Of a stretch of DNA of 64,000 bases, positions 37,725 to 49,640 are shown in pieces. The position numbers and the translations under genes are program-made. Each line of letters opens with the position of its first letter. Position 1 is the stretch's first letter. The stretch covers positions 62,001 to 126,000 of the forward strand of contig MU619252.1 of NCBI GenBank assembly GCA_025201805.1, in the 5' to 3' direction. Under the pieces are notes generated by a model that had not been told where the DNA came from, searched no databases, and worked only from the letters and a program-made list of their open reading frames with translations. This stretch comes from Parasitella parasitica NRRL 2501 (Eukaryota > Fungi > Mucoromycota).

Positions 37725-38622
37725 CTATTCCATTACAACAGCAAAATTGTTTCGACCACCACCGTCTTGTAGGATCTTTTTCTTCCAACTAACGTTATTT
37801 GTGTCTGTTAGACTAGTTAATTCAAACAGATAATACGCAAGTTTGTTTGAGAAATGGTGATGAATGCATCTAGTGTATCCAATTGAACCCATCATCTTCA
37901 GTAGGTGCTCATGTGTCATGTATCTAGAATTATTAATACACGGTAAAGGCACAACAAGGTATAAATGATGTAGGCGATCAGTTATTGAAGGCAAGCTGAA
38001 GAAATTTCGGGTATGTTTCAACATTTGTCCTATTTCACCATTAAGTAAAGTCATATACCCTTATTGGTTAATCCAACGTACCTCTATCCTTGGGATCTCC
38101 TACAAAATTTATCACTAAGCTCAAGCATACAATATCAAAATTTTCATCTTTGGCAGGTTTTTTCATCAGCAAAAAGTCTTGTTTTTCAATAGCTGGATGC
38201 TGCGGGTTGAGATCAATCGTTTTAGCTGCAATCCAGGAGCTGTATGGTTTATAATTATCTGGTGCCACTGCTCCGATGTCCAAAACTTTGACAGGTTTTT
38301 TACACTGATCCACAAGTTTGTTACAGTGAGATTTCAGAGTTTGTATCAGCCATTTTGATGAATCTCCTCCTCTAGCCTTACTTTGACCTAATTGTGATGC
38401 TTTTTGATACCAATCCAGTCCTCCCATAGCCTTCATCTCCTTTAAAATCTCTCGTTCTCGTCCTACTAATTGTGGATCTGCTTTACATTTCGCAAGCTCT
38501 TTATTTAATACATGGAACTTCCGAATAAGTCGAGCTGTTTCTACTCGAGAGTGCTTGAATTTAGCATCTGTATGCTGCACTCTGGCTGTGATCGGCTGCT
38601 TTTTCTTTTGATTTTTAACCAT
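37725..38622 (-). CDS. BMT2: 25S rRNA adenine-N1 methyltransferase Bmt2; 1 intron
   Basis: GGLDWYQKASQLGQ...RGGDSSKWL, VLDIGA, IDLNPQHPAIEKQDF, LSLVINFV, PLPCINNSRY, GGGRNNF. Confidence 0.9.
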
Positions 38623-39316
38623 TGCTGCTGTCAGGTGAAGAAGCAGACAATGAATCCAAACAGAGAAAAAAAAAATCGATATCTTCTGTGACTCCTTAGA
38701 TTGTCATGATTTCCATGTGGTTCAGCAACAATATGTATCAAGTAGATTCAGGGCATGAGATGGGCTTTATGGCTAGAAACTTGACAATGCTTGCTAGCAG
38801 CAGATATCTTGAAATGATATTGATTTAGCAGCATGATATCACTGTTTAGTTTTGACATGTTGTAACTCGTTTTTTTTCCTAAAGCATATAATGAGCTTGA
38901 CTGACCCGTTTTGCACAAAAAAATTTACAATCATGTTTATATTTATATATTTATCAAAGAATGTTCTGAGGTACAGTAATGTATAATGGTGTTATAAGTT
39001 TTAAAACAAATCTATGTCATGTAATGTGCTGCGACATGATGTGTTGCAATGTGAAGTGCTGTACTGTGTCGTGTTTCATTGTGAAATGGTACCATGTTCT
39101 GATCTATAGGATTTTCTTTATTGCCAAGGTTTTGACTAGTAACTGGAAACTAGTGTCAATTCTTCAGTTAATGAGTAGTTCTATGCGATCAATTTATTGA
39201 TGTACAATATACACTTGGCTGTAGAATTCTGATTTCTGGGATCTAATATTGGCCCCAGAGACAAGATACCCTGCAAGGTCTGTCATATAATATACCCTTT
39301 CTCTATTCTAAACAAA

Positions 39317-39661
39317 ATGACAAGTAGAAAAGTTGCATTAACTTTATTTTCCTCAAGCACATGCTCGTTATGTACAACAGCACGAGAATCAATTTTAAAA
39401 GTACAGCAAAAGGTATTATGTAATTGCTTGAAATCATGCATCAAGAACTCATTTCATTGTCTCTAGATTCCTTTTGGTTTAAAAGTGCTAGATATACACA
39501 AAGAAGAATGCCCAAAGGAATTCCGTGATAAATACATCTTTGATGTGCCTGTTCTTCACATGAACGGACAGTTCTTAATGCAACATCGAGTTCCTGAAGA
39601 GTCATTGATAGAAGCCATTAAATTGTTTGAATCTACAGGAAGGATCGATCCTAAATATTAG
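39317..39661 (+). CDS. Glutaredoxin-like protein (DUF836; YDR286C/C5orf63 type); intron 39413-39466; absent from the ORF track
   Basis: MTSRKVALTLFSSSTCSLCTTARE...KYIFDVPVLHMNG; CxxC and cis-Pro VP motifs; 96 aa. Confidence 0.88.
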
Positions 39662-39988
39662 AACAGGTATCCCCTTTTATATAATTTTAGGGAGACGTAA
39701 AGAGCAGAAATCATAAGGAGAATAAGTTGAACCGATTAAACCCATTCAACCGAAAACAACATTTATTAAGTGCGTGTGTCTTGTGTGTATCTTGTGCGTA
39801 ATTTGTGTGTTTATATGCGTATATCGAAGTGTAAAAGGTGGGAGATGTGTGTATTCAATCTGCATTTTATAATAACCAGTCAGTCAATCAACAAATGAAA
39901 GTATTAAGATAAAGCTGCGATAGTAGTAGTAATTGTAGTGATAGTAGTGGAAATAGAGACAAATGCATGCTTATTTTGAATATGCAAA

Positions 39989-40287
39989 TTACATGATTGT
40001 GCAGCAGCCTCTGCTATTTGAAGGTGCAAATGGATCATCTTTTTTGTCAATAGGTCCCCAAACTGAAGGAACTAATGGATCTTTAGTTTCATTGCAATAT
40101 GATATCAATCTATACAGAGATGAACGAGAATTAGAGCTTGCACTAATCTTTGTATCGATTGATTTTACCTTGTCGAAGCCTCTGATACCGTAACCCTTGG
40201 AATGTCCAACTGGGCCTTTAGGGTTTTGTTGTATTCCAGTAGTCGAGCAAGCTTAGCCTCAGATATATTTGGCGATCTTCGCGGCAT
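39989..40287 (-). CDS. Heterotrimeric G-protein gamma subunit; 1 intron
   Basis: ISEAKLARLLEYNKTLKAQLDIPRVTVSEAS...LISYCNETKDPLVPSVWG...GCCTIM (CaaX with an adjacent Cys). Confidence 0.93.
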
Positions 40288-40445
40288 ACTATTAGATATA
40301 ATACAAATTGGGAGGAGGGGAAAAGAAGAAAGTGTAAAGAAGAGAGGAAAAGGCAAATATTGAAGCTTTTAATGTAGGGAAAAAGTTGCGTATTGTCACA
40401 TCTCCGATGTAAGATTTGGTGCTACATTGTTGCAATTGTACTTTT

Positions 40446-41333
40446 TCAATTGAATAAGGATTGGTAAAAATCATCACTTTTCATCACTACTCCATATAAA
40501 TCTTGCATATTTTTCTCCATCGTAATATACTGATCTAGGTTTGATTGTTCTTTTTTTAAAATAGCAGAATATGGGGGTGTTGGAGCAATATATTCACCAT
40601 TTTTATCCAACTATTATAACAGTCCAAGACATTACTTGATACAGCATTTCGTTGCATATATTAGGCACGTACCATATGGCTCCTGTCAGATGAAAAGTAA
40701 TCCAAGTATGTTTTTGCTGGGATGAATCGAAATGAATGCTTAAACTCATCCTTTACTAGCAAGTTTGGTTTGAATGTTTCCAATGCATAAAAATCTGCAG
40801 GGCTTGGAAACGGTAATAAACTATCGAAATCATAGATCAAACTTTCACTAAAAACTTACTGATTAGCTTTGTTATTTATGAGTCTGGCCACATGAATCTA
40901 CCTGTCTTGTTTCAAGTATAATACAACATGATAATCCTAATGATGTATTTTTAATTTATACGATTCAAGCAATATTATCACGATTATCTATTACCCAAAG
41001 GACAACATGCTCGTCACCCCTTCCTGCTTTTTGTTGCCATAGTGGAACCTGTACGTTACTTTAGACTAAGCTTTTCCCCTTGCATTAGGAACTTACTGAT
41101 CTATTATTGTTGCTTATAAATATCACTGAAAAATCATCCAACAGTTCAGGTTTTTTTTTCGTTATCTCAAGACAGAGCATGTAGATGTTTTCCTCGCAAT
41201 AGCAAGATGTATATTCAAGCGTGTTTTTATTGAATTTCAAAACATCCAATCCAAGAATCAGCTCTTCTGCTTTATCATTAAAGTGTTGATCATCATCCTT
41301 ATACATATTTTGAGTTTTTATGAGAAAAGACAT
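40446..41333 (-). CDS. NTAQ1: Protein N-terminal glutamine amidohydrolase (NtQ-amidase); 4 introns
   Basis: YTSCYCEENIY, VPLWQQKAG, spliced WDYHV motif, IYDFDS and FSSDRSHM; catalytic Cys, His and Asp all present. Confidence 0.9.
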
Positions 41334-41783
41334 CAGGATTGAGTGAGCAGTTTTTTATTCATGGCACACTTGCGCAGATGACCGTCACCATGTCATTGAT
41401 ACTGTAACCACCTTGTATGTGGTACCGTATGTGTTCTTTACATAATGTAATTTTCGTTACGAGTTTTCAGAGTAATTGGGAATTATATGGGCAGGTAGAA
41501 CTGCTCAAGGAGCTTCAACAGCAATAATGCTCATATTTACAAAGTAGCTACAATTGAGTCTGACAAACAAAGATTTATCAGACTTAAGTGATATATAATC
41601 AGAGTAAAATGTACCGTTTTATTAGCGAACTGTATTTGACTATTTATACTGTTTGCTTTAAGGTTGAGATATATGATTGTTAATTTTAAATTATAAAGTG
41701 CGAACCATTCTAATGTTTATGTGGGCAAAGCTACATAGTTTTAACAAGCATATATGTTTAGTAACAGTCATAATAGTAATTCC

Positions 41784-41988
41784 TGTTGTGCCAGTGTCAA
41801 AAAGCGCAGCTAAATGTTGTGTAAATGTTATATGAAAGAAGTGATCAAAAATTTTTCTGAATAAATCTGAATAAATCCAGATACAAAACTGAAGACTTTT
41901 ATTGACATAAGATATGATCTCTATTTATACCAAAATATATCCCAATCAATGTTTATCCACATAACTTCTGATGTTTGACAAGAAATGT
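41784..41988. repeat. Interspersed repeat segment B, copy 2
   Basis: Matches 7648-7842; carries a local duplication of ctgaataaat. Confidence 0.9.
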
Positions 41989-42406
41989 TGAACTGCCATA
42001 ATTATAGACAAGAGATCATGGCAATGTACTTCAATTGAAGATTGAAGATTGCCCAATGATGTGATGTGATACGCTTGTGTAAATTGGAGAATAAAGTCTC
42101 TGTTTCAAATCAAGAAGGTTATTCCTGTAAGTAATGCTGATCTGAGCACCAGGATAAAGGTTAAGGCACTGTCAGATCAAAGACGAGTAGCCCTTGTTGT
42201 ATAAATTTACATCGTACCCTGTCAAGTAGATTGTCACTGTGAATTAGTCTTGTCACTGTGAATTAGTCTTGTCAATTAGTAATCCAAATAAGTCATCATA
42301 AATTTATGTAGCTGTAAAAAGTATAAATAGCAGATGCAATTTCGATCTTTAATAAAGTATCTTTAAGTTTTTGTATCTCGTTGACCTTTGGTTTTAATAT
42401 CCAACA
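41986..42406 (+). mobile_element. Probable solo LTR of an LTR retrotransposon (421 bp)
   Basis: TGTTG...CAACA termini, a 19-bp tandem duplication (42231-42268), TATAAATA at 42322 and AATAAA at 42351 in U3-R-U5 order. Flanks agaaa and aggca do not form a clean target-site duplication (TSD). Confidence 0.6.
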
Positions 42407-42539
42407 AGGCAAACAAAAAGAAGGCAAAACATCTAAATTCCATCGCGTCCTCTTCTTCGTGCCCTCCTTCAATCACTGAAGAGGATAAAACTCGGGCAAG
42501 GCGTCATAAATATTATTTTTGAATGCAAATTACATCTGA

Positions 42540-42816
42540 GACATCTTCAATTAGTATGTTGGCGAAGATAATATAACAGTGAATTATCGGTTGGAACGAT
42601 AATTAAGCGGGAGGCAATGAGAAAAAATATCAATTACAAGGATTTAACGCCTTCTGAGATAGCACTTGTTGAGTAAATTTGGACAATAACTTTAATCCTA
42701 AAAAAATACTTACTTTTTTTTAAGATGTGGCCTTAATTGCATATTAGATTTAACGAGTGGAAGTTTAACCAATCAACATCTGTTATTCTCAAACGAGGAC
42801 TGGAATCAAATTAAAG
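42540..42816 (+). pseudogene. Decayed gene fragment with a remnant intron
   Basis: Reads LSVGTIIKREAMRKNINYKDLTPSEIALV / CGLNCILDLTSGSLTNQHLLFSNEDWNQIK across a gtaa...taag interval; interrupted by stops and cut by neighbouring elements. Confidence 0.35.
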
Positions 42817-43516
42817 CATTCCAGGTCGAAAGAAAACTTCTCGTAAGAATTTCTTGAGACCATCAGAACAAAATTATGCTAGAATCTTCTTGAAGTTTTA
42901 TTTAATTTAGCGAATTCAGATATTTAAAGACAATGAAAAACTTTACATTTGCTATTAATCTTCTTTTTCGCTCGGTCAGTACCAGCTTCTTTTAGATTCA
43001 CAATCTCCCTTATACTTCCATATACTTCACGCTTTTGTCACATTTTCATGCCTGCCGTACAAGAACAATTACACAGACTGCAGCAACAGCTGGCTGCTCT
43101 TCTCTAAACAAATCAATAGTGCTCCACACTTGCAGTTGGCGGATGATACTGCCCACATTATGCCTCTTCATTCTTTTGGTGCGCTTCCTTCTTATGACTG
43201 GACTCTCTCTGAACAACTTATTACATTGATGCAACTAAATGTCCCTTTGGATACATCCCAACCTCTTCAAAACAAGGAGTTTGTAACGATTATGGACACT
43301 TGCCCTCCCATGGCCCATCTTACCTACAAGGCTCCAGCGACGGTTCCCATGACTGAACGCTTAATGATTAAAAGATCAACGATGTGAAGATAAATCTCTT
43401 CGCTCATTAAATATTCTTACACATTCTTTTTACTCTGGATTAGCATAATAAAATTTCCCATTTTGTTCTGACGGTTTCAAGAAATTCTTACGAGAAGTCT
43501 CTTTCGACCTAGAATG
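42817..43516 (+). mobile_element. Inverted-repeat-bounded 700-bp element with a broken gag-like ORF (internally deleted DIRS-like retroelement)
   Basis: About 57-bp inverted termini (42817-42873 vs 43461-43516), plus ttatgcta/tagcataa inner arms. Internal frame MPAVQEQLHRLQQQLAALL*...YDWTLSEQL...PPMAHLTYKAPATVP has a stop and frameshifts. Confidence 0.65.
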
Positions 43517-43520
43517 AATC

Positions 43521-44612
43521 ATTTTCATAATCAAAAGTGCCCTGAAAACACCAGAAATAGTATCCTTTGGGGAAAAACTATATTATATATGATTTTGGTG
43601 CAATTTGAGCATGATTTTTTTTTCGATGTAAAATGACGGATTTTTTCGATTTTTTCCTTGTATCCACGCATCCAAAATCATTGATTATGCATTATCCTCG
43701 ATTTTGACCTCAAAAATGCAACTTTTTACTATGACATATATTGGAGGAAAATGATCGTAAAAGACCATTCCTTGATCTGAAAGACTGGAAATGCGCTTTG
43801 ATTAAGCAAAATATTGACTTTTCCCTCTTGATCTGTTTTGAGTTTTTCTCAACATAATTCCTTCCATAAGCATACGAGAATTATGAAATAACACCATTAT
43901 GTAGAGCGTCCAAAAATACAGCTATTATCATAGACTGACAGCCGTGGTATGCATAGTATCAGAGGATGATATCTTGCCCTAAAGAAGTAATTTTGTTTTC
44001 TAATTGTACAAATGGAGTTTTTGAAAGAATTGTTCCTTCCTGATTTTGGACGCGTTTAATCTCCGCTATAAAAGAAAAATGGTGTTTTTTTTAACGAAAG
44101 CATTAGCTTTGAGAAGCCATAGCGTACCCAATTCAAAAGAAAAACAATTAAAATTTTGTGTATATAAATGATGTACTTCTTGGCTTTTTGATGGTAGTGT
44201 TTACATGTCCGCACATGGCCTGACGATCTCACGCTCCGATTTTGAAATATACTTTTTCGAAAAAAAAGTCAAAAAAGTCTTTACCTTCATCTGATGTCAA
44301 CTTTAAAGGTACAAAAACTTGCTCTAAGCTATGCAAATATGTAATCAAAAAACGCCTTATCGTCTAATGAATTATTTTGCATTACTTTTTTTGTGTGTCT
44401 GAAATCACTAAACATTGTTTTCTTACAGTTTTTGTCTTTTTTCTGACAACAACACACTGAAAAAAAAAAAAAAAATCAGGCGCCTAAAATATACGCTAGC
44501 TTTACAATGACATAAACTTTTGAACCATTCCAATATTATGAAAAAGGTGGCACAGGTTTAACTAGCTGTTCTACTTTGCAACAGGATATACAGAACCCAG
44601 CTTCGTACTTGT
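43521..44612. repeat. Interspersed repeat segment A, copy 2
   Basis: Co-linear match to 6553-7647. Confidence 0.92.
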
Positions 44613-44697
44613 CTGACAAGACCTTCTACAGTAGAAGACGCCAGATCAACTGAAGGTGTAAGAAAGTGCCAGAGAAGAGGAGACAAACTGCCATCAG

Positions 44698-44880
44698 GAT
44701 TAACACCATTTCATAAAAACTCATCGGATCTGTATAGAAATTTATGAAGTCCCGAAGACATAAATGTGTTTATCTTCAACCTTGCTCTCCGTTCCTGAAT
44801 CCAATTAAAGGTTTTTGATCCAAAGTCAACAGACACACTTACACCCAGAATCACAGATGTTTGTCAATCGACAACCGTAA
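44698..44880 (+). mobile_element. Decayed IS630/Tc1/mariner DDE transposase fragment
   Basis: 44771-44830 translates YLQPCSPFLNPIKGF*SKVN, a degenerate form of the YLPPYSPxLNPIExxWSxxK motif, followed by LTPRIT. Confidence 0.7.
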
Positions 44881-45588
44881 ATTTATTTAAAGACTACCTT
44901 GAACTTGATGATATAATTTAGATAGCTTATTTCTCAAAATATCATCTTTGTATTTTCACTATGAACGAAACAAAGCAATTATTCTTTTTCTCTAAATATG
45001 GAAATCCCCACTTGAAAATCTTCTTAGAGAAACATATCTCTTCTCTCAAAAACTTAGCTTTTATCAGAAATAAAAAGTCGGTTACCAAAAACCCTAATAT
45101 ATATTACCACAACCACCATGATCTTTATCATTTACTTGAACTTTTTTTCAGCAACTGCAAAATGACAGTGTCATATTTGACTATTATTTTACTTGTAGCT
45201 TTGAACAAATCAACAAAAATCGACTATCTAGAAGAAGTGTTTGTTCTTGTTTTTAGACTTGTAGGTTTTCGAAAATGACCAAGTTAAAATGAAGGCAATG
45301 CATTTAATGCGAATCAAAAGCGAATCTGAGCGCTTCTTTTTTTTTTCTTTTCTACACATTCGATGAAATAATCCAACATAGCAGATGAACACATTCGTTT
45401 TATCATTAAATTTATCTCATAAAAAAAAAAAAGTTGTCTTGTGCCTGTAGACTTATCTTCAGCCTCACAACTGAGCTGACCTACATTCACTTGTGTTTCG
45501 GCTGGTACAACTTGAAACAAACTCCGTGATCATAAAGAGCAACAGCGATGCTTGTACCGTACTTCGCGTTTCTCCATCTTTTTTAGTC

Positions 45589-48500
45589 ATGTTTGAAAAG
45601 TCTCTAACTGACCTCATACGAGGCATCAGAGCTAACAAAAAGAACGAGCAAAAATACATTGCTGTTTGTTTACAAGAAATCCGAAATGAAGTCAAATCCA
45701 ACGATTTAGATATTAAAGCTACTGCAGTTGCAAAATTGACCTACGTAAGCCAAAAGAACAGTTAACTAATTGCGTGGTCTAACACATAAACCAGCTGCAA
45801 ATGCTTGGATACGACATGTCCTGGGCTTCTTTTTATATGGTTGAAGTTATGTCGAGCCCCAAGTTTTTACACAAACGCACAGGCTATTTAGCAGCTACTT
45901 TATCTTTCCAACAAGACACTGATGTGCTCATGTTAACCACCAACCTTATCAAAAAGGACTTGGCCTCTTCTGCGCCTGTAGATATTGGAGTAGCTCTCAA
46001 TGGTCTATCACAAATAGTAACACCCGACTTGGCAAGAGATCTCTCACCAGATTTAGTCAGTATGTTGAACCATTCGAGACCTTATATTCGCAAGAAGGTT
46101 GTCTTGGTACTGTATAAAGTCTTCTTAAAATATCCAGAAGCACTTCGTATAAGTTTCCCTCGTTTGAAAGAGAAATTAGAAGATCCTGATCCATGTAAGT
46201 TTGACTTTGAACGGACGAAAGCAAACCAAAAGACTCACTTGTGATTTTTTTTTTTTTTTTTTTTTTTTTAGCTGTTGTTTTTTTTGTTATCAGTGTTATT
46301 TGCGAGTTAGCTCGAAAGAACCCCAAAAATTACTTGTCAATTGCACCACAATTGTTTAAGCTCTTGACTTCATCGTCCAATAACTGGATGTTGATCAAAA
46401 TTATCAAATTATTCGCATGCTTGACACCACTAGAACCTCGATTAATTAAAAAACTGCTACCACCGCTCACTTCCTTGATCCAAACAACTCCTGCCATGTC
46501 TTTGTTATACGAATGTATCTTTACCGTAATTACAGGTGGATTCCTCGAGGCTGCTGGTGATTCAGGTCATGCTTTGGCTGCAACTTGTACAAATAAACTG
46601 AGAAAGTTTCTGGAAGATCCTGATCAAAATCGTGAGCTACTGCAATTTGTATTGAAGGGGTATGATTTACTGACTCGTTTTTGTATAGTGAAATATGTCG
46701 GTTTACTTGCCATGAGCAAACTGTTGATAACACATCCTCGATTGGTAGCAGAGCATAAAGATTTGATATTGGAATGCATTGATGATGAAGATATCAGTAT
46801 TCGTTTACGTGCACTGGACCTTGTTGTTGGTATGGTACATCGTAAAAATATTGTGGATATTGTCAAGCGTTTGATTACACACATCATACCAGAACAAACC
46901 GAGCAATCGTTGCATGACCCTTCTACTATTTTCGATCCTGTCTACCGAACTGATATCATACATCGAATCATCTTCATGTGCTCTCAAAACCACTATCACC
47001 ATTTGAATGATTTTGAGTGGTATATCAGTGTTTTAGTGGGTATAACCTACAAGGCTGGTGTAAATGTGGGCGATGTACTCACCAATCAACTTATGGATGT
47101 CAGCGTGCGTGTAAAGAGTGTCCGTGAGTACGCAGTGAAGCAAATGTACCATCTTTTACAAGACAAGAAGTTTTTGGAAACAGCTAAAAGACGTGATTCC
47201 AATATCGAAGTATTATCAGCAGCAGCCTGGATTTGTGGTGAATACTGTAATTATCTGGAAGATATCCCTACCACATTGGAATGCTTGCTGGCACCTCAAG
47301 CAGTTTATCTACCCATTAAAGTACAGACTATATACGTTCACAGCGTCATCAAGATATTTGCTTTCTGGGCTAGCCAGCTTAAATCTCAATGGAGTACTGA
47401 ACTGCAGCATGAGTTTGTCAAAGTAACTCAAGTCATGTGCGATAAAATGGACATGTTTACACACAGCATCGACCTTGAAGTGCAGGAGAGAGCTTATGAT
47501 GTCAAGTCTTTATTCAACATTATATTGGATGCTGTTAATGCACAGAATGGCGTGCCTGCTGTGTTGGAGGGTCTTCCTGAACTGTTTTTCATGTATGAGC
47601 TGAATCCAGTTGCACCTAAAGCTCAATCCAAGGTCCCTATTCCTGAGGGTTTGGATTTGGATGCCTGGATCAACGATCCTTTGCCTGACTTGATGTTAGA
47701 TCTAGATTCTGATGATTCAAAGGAATCTAATCAGCCGTCTTACCAACGTAAAAAGAAAAAGAAGCACAGTAAAAATATCAGTGATGATGAAGACACAAAA
47801 GAAAGACGCCGTGCAGCAAGAAAAGAAGCTCGTAAAAATGATCCTTTCTACATCCCTAGTAATGGAAAGAAGCTTGATGATTTCGACGGCGAGATTGATA
47901 GCATCCCTATTGTTGAACTGCGTTTGGATGATATCAAGAAACCAAAAAAAACCAAGCGAGTCAAGAAGCCTGTCCAACAGCCTATTTATGCGGAAGAAGA
48001 GATGCCAGAAAACGCAGCCATGTCTGATGAGGAAAAACCAGCAAAGAAAGGGGCTGTTTATACCAAAAAATCGACAAGGGACATCTTTGAAAGCACAGAG
48101 GACTCGGGTTTAAATAACGTTGATTTATCAACGCCATTAGGCGAAGATGAGAAATTCGAGCAACCCAAAACCTATCTGAGCCCTGAAGAAGTACGTATCA
48201 AAGAAGAGGCCCGTTATAGAGCAGAACGTAAAGAGTTGAGAGCACTTCAGGTACTTGTTAAGATGATGACACATACATGACATTTAATACTTGAATTTGT
48301 AGAAGAAAAACAAGGAACTACAAGAGTCTAGTAAAAAGACTAAATCCAAGAGAAATGAAAAGCAACCCGCATCAGCTACTACCGAAAAAAAAAAGAAAAA
48401 GAAAAAGAGCATTTCATTATCCAAAAAAGCCAAGGTGAGTACAAGTCGGTGTTGAGAAAATAGCTTATTGATTGATGCTTGTGCCAGAATACTGCTCACA

Positions 48501-49452
48501 ATGATGAGTTGGTGCCTGAAGAATCGGATATTAACGTGGACGATATCAAAGATACTGTAAACGAAAAGCAAGAGCCAACACTTGAAATCTTTAGTAACGA
48601 TCAAGTGTCATTGGTGAGTCTTAGCAAGGAATATTGAATAGCCATGGATACTTACCCTGCTTGATAAGATGGGATTATTGCAATTAGATGCAGCTAAAGA
48701 GATTCCTACAGTGGATATACATTTCACCATCCAAAACAACGGGCAAGCTATGCTCCCTAACTTCCACATGGAATTTGCGCAATCTTTTGATTTAAAGTGC
48801 ATTTCAAATGAGGATTCAAGTGTTGCTTCAGCTACCGAACATTTTGAGCTCCAAGCCAATGAAAAAGTCAAGTGCGTAGCACATTTCCAAGTAGAGGGAA
48901 ATCCTCGACGTGGTCTCTGTCTTCGTGGTGATTTGTTTTATGATGTTGAGGTAAGCTTGATCATTTGATTATAGCATAAGCTTTAATGAAATTAAAATTT
49001 GTATTACATGTACACTACAGGGTTCATCTACTATCAATCAACATGCTATCGAAATACCTATTCCTGTTAGTCTGTTTCTGATGGAAGCACCAATGGATCC
49101 TACTGCATTTGCCACGTTGTTAGCAGAGCATGGGAACGAGTTTGCGTATCATAGCAACGTAAAAGTACAAGTTGCTTTGCAAGAGCAATCATCGATCCAG
49201 CAAACAATCATAAACGCATTTGAAGTTGTTACCAGTAACAGTGGGTTGATGGTGGTTGAAGTCATTGCAGGTGCAGCGTCTTTGTACGGGAAAAGCATCA
49301 TTCAAGGGAACCAAGTTGCTGGTCTGCTCAAATGCGATTTGGATATGGAAAACAAAGTTGCCACATTGACTATTGACTTGAAGAGCACCGACGATGACCT
49401 ATTAGACGGTATAGTTCATCAGTTGGAGTCCATTCAAAACAGCTTGAAATAG
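45589..49452 (+). CDS. APL5: AP-3 adaptor complex delta subunit
   Basis: MFEKSLTDLIRGIRA start, NNWMLIKIIKLF, LEVQERA, ELNPVAPKAQSKVPIPEGLDLDAWIN, charged hinge and ear domain; about 7 introns. Confidence 0.95.
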
Positions 49453-49573
49453 ACATGTATGTTTACCGCTTGGTCTGAAAAGGAGCATAATGTTTTGATC
49501 ATCGAAAATCAATAGTATTACATCGAATTAGCAAGTTTTTAAATATAAATTTTCTTTCTTTGTTCTTTTTTTT

Positions 49574-49638
<65 letters not shown>

Positions 49639-49640
<2 letters not shown>

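Noticed and set aside
43560-43568. GTATCCTTT resembling a U12 intron 5' splice site
   Set aside because: It lies in non-coding repeat A and is absent from copy 1. No U12-type donor was noticed in the gene models.
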